Positions 1 through 8,261 of a stretch of DNA of 53,943 nt are shown here, in pieces (the first letter of the stretch is position 1; every line of letters begins with the position of its first letter). The notes beneath the pieces were generated by a model that was not told the origin of the DNA, did no database searches, and saw nothing but the letters and a program-made list of their open reading frames with translations. Origin of the DNA: Deltaproteobacteria bacterium. Lineage in GTDB: Bacteria; Desulfobacterota; Desulfobacteria; Desulfobacterales; C00003060. Where the stretch lies: positions 1-53,943 of the forward strand of contig JAFDFO010000005.1 in the NCBI GenBank assembly GCA_019309815.1, written 5' to 3'. Both the position numbers and the translations under genes were made by a program.

Positions 1-1091
1 GGTGTAAAACGTCCTTCTCGAAGGACCGAGAATTCCTTTTCCGGGTATACCCGGATTTGGGCCAGGTAGATCCCCATGAGGATGACAGACAAGATCAGGG
101 GAATAATGACTGTGGGCGCAGCCAAGGAATCGTGCTGTTGGACAAAGACTGCTGCCAGCGCAGACATTGCCCCCGTTCCGTAAAGGAAAAGGACCGCACC
201 TCTTTCGCTGAAACCCATGAGAACTAAGCGGTGGGACGTGTGGTCTCGGCCCCCCGTTGAAGGCTTTCGGCCGCTCAAGATACGAATGACCGTCACCATG
301 GTGGTGTCAAAGATGGGTACCATCAGGACAAGGACCGGCAGAGCATAAAGGGAAACACTGAAGTCAAGGGGCCTTGTAGCCGGGTGCAGGCAAAGCATGG
401 AAAGGGCAAACCCTATGGGGAGGCTCCCGCAATCTCCCATAAAAATGGAGGCTGGGTGAAAGTTGAATACCAGAAAGGCGGCAGAGGCCCCAGCCAGGAG
501 AAGAGAAACTGGCAGATACTGAGAAGCGCCACCGGCAAAATACAGGTAGGAAAAAAAGGCTGCGGCGATCAGGCCGATTCCCGCGCATAGGCCGTCCATA
601 TTGTCCAAGAGATTAACGGCATTGGTAATTCCCACAACCCAGATGATGGTAATAATCGTGTCTCCGGTCAAAGATACCACCCATTGAAGCCGATACCCCA
701 GGAATGCAACCATCGAAGCAACCATGATCTGGACTATCAATTTATTCTGCGGTCGCACATGGCGAAGATCATCAAGAAGGCCGAGGCCGAACAGAACAGT
801 CATACCCAGCCATACGACTGCGGTGTAGGAAGGGGGTTCAGTTCCGGAAGAATGTGCTCGCACGTATTCGAAGACGGCACTAAAATCGGCAAACCGCAAC
901 AGGGGGAAGCCGACGGCGCAGTAGATGGCAACACCCCCTAGCAAGGCAGTGGGTCTTGTGTGCCAACGGTCTTCCGTCGGGAGAGCTATCCGCCCCAATC
1001 GCACAGCTGCCTGCCTGACTACAGGCGTTAAAATGACGCAGACAAGGAACGACAGAATTGGCAACGAAAGATAGGGGGATAATTGTGACAT
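1..1091 (-). CDS. Polyprenyl-phosphate N-acetylhexosamine-1-phosphate transferase (MraY/WecA family); the 3' end runs off the left edge
   Basis: Absent from the ORF track because it has no stop in the window. My reverse-strand translation from the ATG at 1091 reads MSQLSPYLSLPILSFLVCVILTPVVRQAAVRLG... It carries the family motifs NAVNLLDNMDGL and FMGDCGSLPIGF, has many hydrophobic segments and is open to base 1. Confidence 0.8.
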   Translation of the reverse strand, partial: MSQLSPYLSLPILSFLVCVILTPVVRQAAVRLGRIALPTEDRWHTRPTALLGGVAIYCAVGFPLLRFADFSAVFEYVRAHSSGTEPPSYTAVVWLGMTVLFGLGLLDDLRHVRPQNKLIVQIMVASMVAFLGYRLQWVVSLTGDTIITIIWVVGITNAVNLLDNMDGLCAGIGLIAAAFFSYLYFAGGASQYLPVSLLLAGASAAFLVFNFHPASIFMGDCGSLPIGFALSMLCLHPATRPLDFSVSLYALPVLVLMVPIFDTTMVTVIRILSGRKPSTGGRDHTSHRLVLMGFSERGAVLFLYGTGAMSALAAVFVQQHDSLAAPTVIIPLILSVILMGIYLAQIRVYPEKEFSVLREGRFT

Positions 1092-1361
1092 CTGGATTTG
1101 TGCTTTATGGACCCTTAAGAATTGAGTTCGATACTGAGGTGAAATTATTTGCAATAGTCTGAAAAATCAAGGTATAAAGGCGCGTTGCTGTTTTTTCCTT
1201 GACAAAAAAGCCAAAACCCCCCATATCTCGATGCATAGTTCGAAGCTTTAACGCATTGGAATTCCAAAGTATTATTTCAGCAATAGGTGGGTAGGTCCGT
1301 AGCTAGTCACCGCGCCCGCGGACAAGGGTGAGTTCACAACGTTTGGGAGGGAGGAGATGTC

Positions 1362-2609
1362 ATGAAAAGTGGAAGGCTTGGAATCAACGGGCTGGGGCGT
1401 ATCGGCAAGCTGTCCATATGGCAGCATGTGGGGCAAAAAGTCTTTCCGGAGCTTGTAGTCAATATCGGCCGTCCGGTGGGCACAAGTCTTGACAATGTGG
1501 CTCGGTTCATTGAAAGGGATTCCACGTATGGAAGCCTTCACAACTATCTCTTTGGGTACAAAGCCGGGCGTTTGATTGAAAATCTGGATGAAAAAACCGG
1601 CTCGATGGTGATACATGGAATCAGAGTGACGATTCTGCGTGAGGAACGGAACCCCAAGGATATTCCCTGGAAGTCGCATGGGGTGGACTTGGTGGTAGAA
1701 TCTACGGGGCAGTTCATGGATCCCACGTTGCCCCCGGATGCTCCGGGCGGATCGATTCGGGGCCATCTGGCTGCCGGGGCACAGAAGGTGATCACGTCAG
1801 CACCATTTAAGATCAAGGACAAGGACGCTGCGTGGCCGGAGGATTGCCTCACGACGGTGATGGGCATTAATGACGCTGAATACGACCCAACCGTCCACCA
1901 CATCGTATCGAATGCTTCGTGTACCACAAACTGTCTCGCATACATGGTCAAACCTCTCCTGGACCATTTTGGTCTGGACAGAATCTTGACGGCTTCAATG
2001 GTTACCGTGCATGCGGTCACCGGCTCCCAACTCGTACTGGACCGGGCGCCGAAGAAAGGAGCGACCGATTTGCGTCGCAACCGGGGCATTTTGAACAACA
2101 TCATCCTGACGACAACAGGGGCTGCCAAGGCATTGTCGCTGGTCATACCAGAGATGAAGGAGATAGGCTTTGTTGCTGAATCTGTCCGGATTCCTGTCTC
2201 AACAGGCTCACTCATCATCTTGACTGTCGATATTCAGGACGATGCTGAGAAGGATCACACCGATAGGGACCTAGTCAATCAGATCTACAAAGATGCTGCT
2301 AAGAAGAATAGGAAAGGGTATCTTGTGTATTCGGAAGAGCAGAATGTATCCGCCGACATAATCGGACATCCCTTGGCCACGGCCATAATTGAAGGGACGG
2401 AGACCCAGACCCGAACAGCGAATATTTCATTCGATCTCAAACGGCTTCCCGGCTATACTGATGAGGTGGGGGCTTGCCTTGCGCGAAGCGTCATTGATGT
2501 TCCGGTCACGAAGGTCGTGGTGTATGGATGGTATGACAATGAGATGGGCGGGTATGTCCATATGCTTACGGATCGGACCGTGAGCATCGCTTCCACGTTA
2601 GAGAAGTAG
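1362..2609 (+). CDS. gap: Glyceraldehyde-3-phosphate dehydrogenase, long form (415 aa)
   Basis: Contains NGLGRIGK dinucleotide fold, the catalytic SNASCTTNCL motif, TGAAKAL and a C-terminal WYDNEMGY. The SD GGAGGAG lies upstream of the ATG. Confidence 0.85.
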   Translation: MKSGRLGINGLGRIGKLSIWQHVGQKVFPELVVNIGRPVGTSLDNVARFIERDSTYGSLHNYLFGYKAGRLIENLDEKTGSMVIHGIRVTILREERNPKDIPWKSHGVDLVVESTGQFMDPTLPPDAPGGSIRGHLAAGAQKVITSAPFKIKDKDAAWPEDCLTTVMGINDAEYDPTVHHIVSNASCTTNCLAYMVKPLLDHFGLDRILTASMVTVHAVTGSQLVLDRAPKKGATDLRRNRGILNNIILTTTGAAKALSLVIPEMKEIGFVAESVRIPVSTGSLIILTVDIQDDAEKDHTDRDLVNQIYKDAAKKNRKGYLVYSEEQNVSADIIGHPLATAIIEGTETQTRTANISFDLKRLPGYTDEVGACLARSVIDVPVTKVVVYGWYDNEMGGYVHMLTDRTVSIASTLEK

Positions 2610-2613
2610 ATAT

Positions 2614-2641
2614 TGACAGGGCGTTGCCCGTTGTCATAATA
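2614..2641 (+). promoter_or_regulatory. Candidate sigma70 promoter (TTGACA-16 nt-CATAAT)
   Basis: TTGACA at 2614-2619 and CATAAT at 2636-2641, directly after the gap stop codon. The next + strand gene starts at 2992. Confidence 0.4.
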
Positions 2642-2897
2642 GAGAGGCGTTGCTCGCAAGCGCTGTTAGTAGGCCCGCATTTTTTGGGCCTTGTGGGATG
2701 GTGGCTACCAAAGCATCATCCTAAACATCTCGGAAACTCTATAACCCATTGGATTCGTCAGCCTTTCAGCGACAGCCTGTTTTTGCTGCCTTCATGGAAT
2801 AATGGGTTAAAAACGCATGACTTCTGTATTTGAGTCAAGGCTTTTGGGATCAATTTTCACTATTTCTCCATATGTTTTTCAGCCAGACGCACCATAA

Positions 2898-2938
2898 ATC
2901 CAATATTCCATCACTCCAATATTCCATTATTCCAATTG
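2898..2938. repeat. Octamer-periodic TCCA-N4 repeat array (5 units)
   Basis: The sequence reads aTCCAatatTCCAtcacTCCAatatTCCAttatTCCAattg. Related arrays lie at 6907-6960, 46797-46890 and 53696-53722. Confidence 0.7.
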
Positions 2939-2991
2939 CGGAGCGGAGCTAAGTTCTTTTGTCTTAGCTGATTCTTGCCGAACATAATTCC

Positions 2992-5262
2992 GTGGAAACC
3001 TACAACGACCTCAAGAGTGCCATACTAGACATCAATCAGGATCTGCGTCTGGTTATCCGGAAGGCAGAGTCGATTGATGGCGTGTCCCACGATCCCCTCG
3101 AAGCCTGGAAGACAACCACAAACACAGTACACAGACAACTGGGCGAGGAGATGATCCGGGTGGCAGTGGTAGGTTCTATAAAGTCGGGGAAGAGTACTCT
3201 GGTCAATGCTCTATTTGGGGGTGACTATGTCAAGAGAGGTGCGGGGGTCGTCACATCCATCGTTACTAAGATAAGACCGGGAACCTCGATGAAGGCCAAG
3301 CTGGAGTTTAAGACCTGGGATGACGTCAACGCTGACATGAGCCAGGCATTGATCCTGTTTTCTGCTTTGCCGCGGGAGTCGGATGACGGACAGTTCGATA
3401 TCAACCGCGAAGAAGATCGAGTGAGACTGCAAAAAGATGTGTCCGGCTTGAATGCAGGCCGGCTCATCTCCGAGGACGCCCGGGATCCCAACAGCGTGCT
3501 CATATTGGAGTATCTGAAGGGATACGAACGAATCAAGGACCTCGTCTCATTTGAACCCAAGACGCACGTCTTTGAGGAAGGAGAATTCTACCGGCAAAAG
3601 GAGTTTGTTGGGGAGGAATCCCTATCAGTCTACTTGAAGGATATTGTCCTAACCCTCGTCCCTCCTGAAGGATTTGGAGAGAACCTCGAGATTGCTGACT
3701 GTCAGGGCAGCGATTCCCCTAACCCGCTGCATCTAACCATGATACAGGACTATCTCCTCAGCGCCCACCTGATCATTTACGTGTTGAGCAGCCGCACCGG
3801 CCTGCGCCAGTCAGACATCAAGTTTCTGAACATCATAAAGAAGATGGGGCTACTGAAGAACATATTCTTTGTTGTCAACTGCGATCTCAGTGAACACGAG
3901 AGCTTGACGGGGATGACGAAACTAGTTGAGAGGGCGAGGGATGAGCTTGGCATGATTCTGCCAGACCCGGAGGTGTTTGCCTTTTCTGCGTTGCATAATC
4001 TTTTCAACGATCTTGCTCAAGAGAAAGACACTTTGTCTCGGAAAGACCTTCTGAGACTTGAACAGTGGCAGGAAGAAGCGGATATGGTGGCGTTTTCTGA
4101 GCAGGGGACGGACCGTTTCATGCAGGCCGTCGTGCGAAAGATATCGGACGATCGTCTCAGGCTCCTTCTTCAGACAAACCTGGAACGGATCTCGATCATG
4201 GCGTCCGGCATGCAGGACTGGGCTCAGATCAATCATGACCTGTTCAGTAGGGATGCCGGCGAGATTAAGGCGGCATTTGCAGAGATGGAAAAGAGGCGAA
4301 AGACCTCTGATCAGGTGACTTCGGTGATCAAGGATACCCTCGACGGGACGACAGAAAAGTTGAAGCGTGAGCTCCGGAACGACGTTGACCGGTTCTTCGA
4401 CCCTCAATATGGCGACACCGTCCAGGGGATTATTAAGTTTGTGGAGTCCTACAACATCTCCGCGAGAGATTATGAAAAGGATCTTGAGACTTCCGGCTTC
4501 CTGTCCACGCTTTACCGGATCTTTCAAAACATACGAGAGGCTACGAACCGGTATATGGCCGAAACGACCAACCCAAAGCTGGTTGATTTTGTTCGCATTG
4601 GGGAGGAGAAGATCAAGGAGATTGCTGAGCAGGTGTCAGGGCCTTATAGCCTGATGATTCAAGATGCTGTTGATCAACATCGGCGGACCGCCGAGAAGCT
4701 TGGAATAAGACTTCAGCAACGTTCGTACACGCCCCCAAAAAGCCCGGAGATTGACCTGGTCAAGAGTGATGCGCGCTTGAGCATTCCGCCGCTTGTTACC
4801 GCCATGCGGTACTCGGGTCGCATCAAGACAGAGGCGATTCTGCGACTGGGGATTTATAATACGATGGAGGCTGTGAAGAAGCTGTTAAGAAAGAGAGTCG
4901 GCGGGGACTTGGACAGCGCCATCCGTTCGCTGGAAGATAGCGTCCGGCGGATCAAAGAACAACTCCGAGAATCTATTACCGCCCATCTCATGGACTACAG
5001 AGAGAACCTCAAGTACCAGTATCTCTTCAAACTAGTGGACGCTATGTCGAGCAGCCTCTATGAATCCCTTGTCGACCGAATGCGAGCTTTCACAGGGAGT
5101 GCATCGGACATGAGTGGTTTGATGGAGAATCAACGACAGGCTAGAGACCAGATAGTCAAGGAATTTGTCTCCCTTGCAACGTCGGTTAGTGCTGTACTTG
5201 ATAAGGTTGGAGAGGCAGAACGGCTTTTGGAGGGCCAGAACTCATTCCAGCACAGCGGATAA
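2992..5262 (+). CDS. Bacterial dynamin-like GTPase (756 aa)
   Basis: P-loop VVGSIKSGKSTLVNALFG, a DCQG G3-like motif and NCD (N/TKxD-like), followed by a long helical C-terminal region. The only in-frame start is a GTG with no clear SD, so the start is uncertain. Confidence 0.75.
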   Translation: METYNDLKSAILDINQDLRLVIRKAESIDGVSHDPLEAWKTTTNTVHRQLGEEMIRVAVVGSIKSGKSTLVNALFGGDYVKRGAGVVTSIVTKIRPGTSMKAKLEFKTWDDVNADMSQALILFSALPRESDDGQFDINREEDRVRLQKDVSGLNAGRLISEDARDPNSVLILEYLKGYERIKDLVSFEPKTHVFEEGEFYRQKEFVGEESLSVYLKDIVLTLVPPEGFGENLEIADCQGSDSPNPLHLTMIQDYLLSAHLIIYVLSSRTGLRQSDIKFLNIIKKMGLLKNIFFVVNCDLSEHESLTGMTKLVERARDELGMILPDPEVFAFSALHNLFNDLAQEKDTLSRKDLLRLEQWQEEADMVAFSEQGTDRFMQAVVRKISDDRLRLLLQTNLERISIMASGMQDWAQINHDLFSRDAGEIKAAFAEMEKRRKTSDQVTSVIKDTLDGTTEKLKRELRNDVDRFFDPQYGDTVQGIIKFVESYNISARDYEKDLETSGFLSTLYRIFQNIREATNRYMAETTNPKLVDFVRIGEEKIKEIAEQVSGPYSLMIQDAVDQHRRTAEKLGIRLQQRSYTPPKSPEIDLVKSDARLSIPPLVTAMRYSGRIKTEAILRLGIYNTMEAVKKLLRKRVGGDLDSAIRSLEDSVRRIKEQLRESITAHLMDYRENLKYQYLFKLVDAMSSSLYESLVDRMRAFTGSASDMSGLMENQRQARDQIVKEFVSLATSVSAVLDKVGEAERLLEGQNSFQHSG

Positions 5263-5487
5263 TGCGCACGCCTACGGTTTCCCATCCCCGGTAAAGGAAA
5301 TCTTAGTGTCTCTTTCGAGGATGGTGGAAACCCCTCGCCTTCAGGCGAAGCAAAGATCAGGTTGTCGCCAGGCGACTTGTCATTCCGGCCCCGCACCACG
5401 ATGCGGGGCAGGCTCCTCGAGTCCGGCATGACGTCCACGGCAGGTCCGGCTTGAAAAATTGTTGATTGTAATCAAGCCCAATGTTGA

Positions 5488-5524
5488 ACCCCTCGTCTCA
5501 TGGACGAGGGTTGTTCGGTTTTGG
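5488..5524 (+). terminator. Rho-independent terminator candidate
   Basis: Stem aaCCCCTCGTC / GACGAGGGtt with loop tcatg, followed by the T-rich gttcggtttt. Confidence 0.5.
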
Positions 5525-5610
5525 ACGAGAAATCGCTTTACAAAAACAGCGGAATTTTGTATAAAGCGCGTGCTTTTTGAGGCGGAGCGGAACAGAAAAG
5601 GCACGGGCCT

Positions 5611-5775
5611 ATGGTGGGTCGAAAAAGTTCATCAAAATCACGCGGGAAGAACCCCCAGAAATCTCCAGCCGCCAGTCCCAGAGAGGAATCCACAAGGAAG
5701 AAAGCAATCCTTGATGGGGTGAAACGCTCTTCAGCCTCGGTCAAGACTACTTTACAGGAGCTCGGGCTTCCGTAG
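5611..5775 (+). other. N-terminal transposase-type HTH segment ending at an in-frame TAG (5773-5775), same frame as the 5917..6843 ORF
   Basis: ATG at 5611 gives MVGRKSSSKSRGKNPQKSPAASPREESTRKKAILDGVKRSSASVKTTLQELGLP*. The frame stays open after the TAG as STYYKWQKRYKSKGFSGLQ... up to 6843. Confidence 0.5.
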
Positions 5776-5916
5776 TCAACATACTACAAATGGCAGAAAC
5801 GCTATAAGTCCAAAGGATTTAGTGGACTGCAGACAGGTAACCCGGTTTCTGATGACGTTTGGCAACGATTAATTGAGCTTGAAAAGAAGGAAAAGGGATT
5901 ATTAGACCAAAGCAAA

Positions 5917-6843
5917 TTGTCCGCGGAGGAGACCCAGATCATGACAAGCGAACAGGACCAGGAAAGGATCAAGAAACTGTTGTTTAGGAGCTTTGATGGG
6001 GAGGCGCCGCCTGAGAAGGAGGCAGCCCCTCGGGCGCCTGAACCCAAGGCGGCAGAGGAACCACCATTGCCACCGTCTTACACGCCGCCCCCGGAAGAGC
6101 CTACGGACAAAACCTTCAAGTATGCGGTGGGTGCTCTGGCATGCGTCATTGCCATCCTATTACTGGCAAGTCTATCTAACTCAAACAAGTTTGCCTTTAT
6201 GCAGAACGACCAAATGGTTGAGCTTTGGCGAGGCAGATTTGCTCCCATGGGTTGGACTCGTATGGCCAGCTTCTCGGATCCCAAGATCCTTACCGGCGTG
6301 CAACAGAAAGAGGCATATTCCAAGAAGCAGGCTTTCGGTATCCTTTCTGAATACTTCATCAACCGGGCAGATGAAATACTGAAGACCGGGGAAACCCCGG
6401 ACCTTAAGGCTGCCAAATCTTATCTGGGACATGCTTCAAAATACGCCCTGACTGACGCTAGACAACAAGAAATCAGGAGACGGTTGAATAGAATGAATTT
6501 CTTGGTCCTGTTGGGCAAGGGAGAGCTGGTCCGCAGCAAGGGGACGGTTGCCGATTTTGAGACGGCCAAGAAGTATTTGATGCAGGCTATCCCTTATGCC
6601 TCAACCGACCTGGAGAAAGATATGCTGGCAAAGAACCTTGCGGCCATTGAGTATGCCATTGCGGAGAGCAAGATTACTCGCGGCGAAACACAGCTTGCAG
6701 ATTTGTATCGAGAGGCGATGAATCGCCACCTTAAAAAGGCGAAGGAATATGATCCTCAAAAGGCCCAGGCGATTGACCGGGAGATTGCGAAGATCAAGAA
6801 ATGGTTAACCGAATATGAAGGCAAGGGTGTGAGTCCACACTAA
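5917..6843 (+). CDS. Hypothetical single-pass membrane protein with a Pro-rich linker, one TM and a helical repeat-like C-terminal domain; possibly the distal part of a TAG-interrupted HTH protein
   Basis: 308-aa ORF with a TTG start. Contains a PPLPPSYTPPPEEP linker, the TM segment YAVGALACVIAILLLASL and a helical C-terminal half. The frame is open upstream back to 5776. Confidence 0.55.
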   Translation: MSAEETQIMTSEQDQERIKKLLFRSFDGEAPPEKEAAPRAPEPKAAEEPPLPPSYTPPPEEPTDKTFKYAVGALACVIAILLLASLSNSNKFAFMQNDQMVELWRGRFAPMGWTRMASFSDPKILTGVQQKEAYSKKQAFGILSEYFINRADEILKTGETPDLKAAKSYLGHASKYALTDARQQEIRRRLNRMNFLVLLGKGELVRSKGTVADFETAKKYLMQAIPYASTDLEKDMLAKNLAAIEYAIAESKITRGETQLADLYREAMNRHLKKAKEYDPQKAQAIDREIAKIKKWLTEYEGKGVSPH

Positions 6844-6867
6844 GGGCTTGCAGGAGTGATTCAAGAG

Positions 6868-6906
6868 AAAAGGGGGCGGGATGAAAAATCCCGCCCCCTT
6901 TTTTCT
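6868..6906. terminator. Bidirectional Rho-independent terminator
   Basis: 14-bp perfect stem AAAAGGGGGCGGGA / TCCCGCCCCCTTTT with loop tgaaaaa and a T-run on the + strand. It lies between the convergent 5917..6843 (+) and glgC (-). Confidence 0.8.
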
Positions 6907-6960
6907 TGGAGCAATGGAGTGATGGAGTACCAAAAAACTGGAGTATTGGAGTACTCCATT
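6907..6960. repeat. Octamer-periodic TGGA-N4 repeat array (opposite orientation to the 2898 array)
   Basis: The sequence reads TGGAgcaaTGGAgtgaTGGAgtaccaaaaaacTGGAgtatTGGAgtactccatt. Its reverse complement contains TCCATCACTCCA, as at 2908-2919. Confidence 0.7.
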
Positions 6961-6993
6961 TTTCCAGAGCCGCGTCTTTCGGACTTGGGTTGT

Positions 6994-8259
6994 TTACTGA
7001 AACATTCCTTTGGGTACGACCACAATGCCCCGAGGTGTCACCTTGAAGCGCTTGCGGTCTTCTTCCGGATTGTATCCTATTTCAGTATGCGGCGGAATTC
7101 GATTTCCTTTGTCGATAATTGCCTTCATAATCTTGCAATGTCTGCCGATTTCTACATCAGCCAGGATCACGGATTCACTTACCTCGGCCCAGCTGTTGAC
7201 GATCACATTATAGGAGACCACCGAAGTTTTCACGATGCCGCCGCTGATAATAGAACCATGAGAGACAATCGAATCCAAGGCCATGCCCGTTCTACTGGAA
7301 GCCGTGTCGCGGAAGATTGTTTTTACGGGTGGATACTGCGCCTGAAATGTCCTGAGCGGCCATTTTGAGCCGTAAAGATTGAAGACGGGGTCTACGCCCG
7401 TCAGGTCCATGTTTGCGTTCCAGTAGGCATCTAGATCACCCACATCCCGCCAGTAAGAGGAATCCCGTATGCATGGCTCCATAACACGCACCCGGCTTCC
7501 GGCTTCGTCGATGGTGTACACGAAATCCTCAATACAATTCTTCTTCTTGTACGGAAAGGCATAGACGGAATATCTTTCCAGTGCCATCGGAATGATGTCC
7601 CTGCCGAAATCATCTCTGTCCGTGGACTTCAATAAGTCGGTGAGCACCTCGGCTCTGAAGATGTAGACCCCCATGGAGGCCAAGGCATAACGAGGGTCGC
7701 CGGGCATCGGTTTCGTGGATGCTGGTTTTTCTTTGAACCCCGTAATCCTGTGGTCTGCTGCAGTCTCCGCGATTCCAAAACGATGGGCTTGTGATATGGG
7801 CACTTCAATCACCGAGACGGTAATATCTGCCCCCTTTTCTTCGTGATACTTCCTGAACTTGGCGTAGTCCATTTTGTAGACGTGGTCGCCCGAAAGGACA
7901 AGGAGATGTTTTGGGAGGTCCCGTTCTATGAGGTACAGGTTTTGTCGGACAGAATCGGCGGTGCCACGGTACCAGTCTTCGCCTACGCGCATCTGGGGAG
8001 GTACGACTTTCATATAGTGACCCAGCGCATAGCTGAATATGTTCCATCCCGCTTCCAGGTGTTCCACAAGGGATTGCGCCTTGTATTGGGGCAGGACAAT
8101 GATCTTGTAAATGTTAGAATTGATGCAATTGCTAAGTGTAATATCTATGATGCGATAAATGCCCCCAAAGGGCACTGCGGGCTTTGAACGATCCAGTGTC
8201 AAAGGGTAGAGACGTTCCCCTTTGCCTCCCGCCATTACCAGGGCCATGACATCGCGCAT
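6994..8259 (-). CDS. glgC: Glucose-1-phosphate adenylyltransferase
   Basis: N-terminus LVMAGGKGERLYPLTLDRSKPAVPFGGIYRIIDITLSNCINS and a C-terminal left-handed beta-helix-like region, 421 aa. Confidence 0.9.
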   Translation of the reverse strand: MRDVMALVMAGGKGERLYPLTLDRSKPAVPFGGIYRIIDITLSNCINSNIYKIIVLPQYKAQSLVEHLEAGWNIFSYALGHYMKVVPPQMRVGEDWYRGTADSVRQNLYLIERDLPKHLLVLSGDHVYKMDYAKFRKYHEEKGADITVSVIEVPISQAHRFGIAETAADHRITGFKEKPASTKPMPGDPRYALASMGVYIFRAEVLTDLLKSTDRDDFGRDIIPMALERYSVYAFPYKKKNCIEDFVYTIDEAGSRVRVMEPCIRDSSYWRDVGDLDAYWNANMDLTGVDPVFNLYGSKWPLRTFQAQYPPVKTIFRDTASSRTGMALDSIVSHGSIISGGIVKTSVVSYNVIVNSWAEVSESVILADVEIGRHCKIMKAIIDKGNRIPPHTEIGYNPEEDRKRFKVTPRGIVVVPKGMFQ

Positions 8260-8261
8260 CC

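Noticed and set aside
1199-1228. TTGACA at 1199-1204 as a promoter for gap.
   Set aside because: The best -10 candidate at 17-nt spacing is CATATC (3 of 6). This is too weak to report as a feature.
1272-2218. Long antisense or overlapping ORFs inside gap (1272..1766, 1544..2218). Similar shadow ORFs lie inside other genes (e.g. 3922..4527, 6856..7368, 15607..16233, 20190..20984, 52728..53315).
   Set aside because: Each lies wholly inside, and opposite or out of frame to, a gene with clear family motifs. None has a motif or SD of its own. This is typical shadow-ORF behaviour.
5130-5438. A minus-strand 102-aa ORF and several short GC-rich hairpins in the 350-bp region after the dynamin-like gene.
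   Set aside because: The ORF overlaps the 3' end of the dynamin-like gene, has low-complexity Arg/Pro/Gly content and no SD. The hairpins other than 5488-5512 lack U-tracts.
5611-5775. An insertion sequence or transposase at 5.6 kb, suggested by the IS481/IS630-type HTH.
   Set aside because: No DDE/rve catalytic domain, terminal inverted repeats or target duplications are visible. The frame continues into a membrane/repeat protein, so this is not a mobile element.
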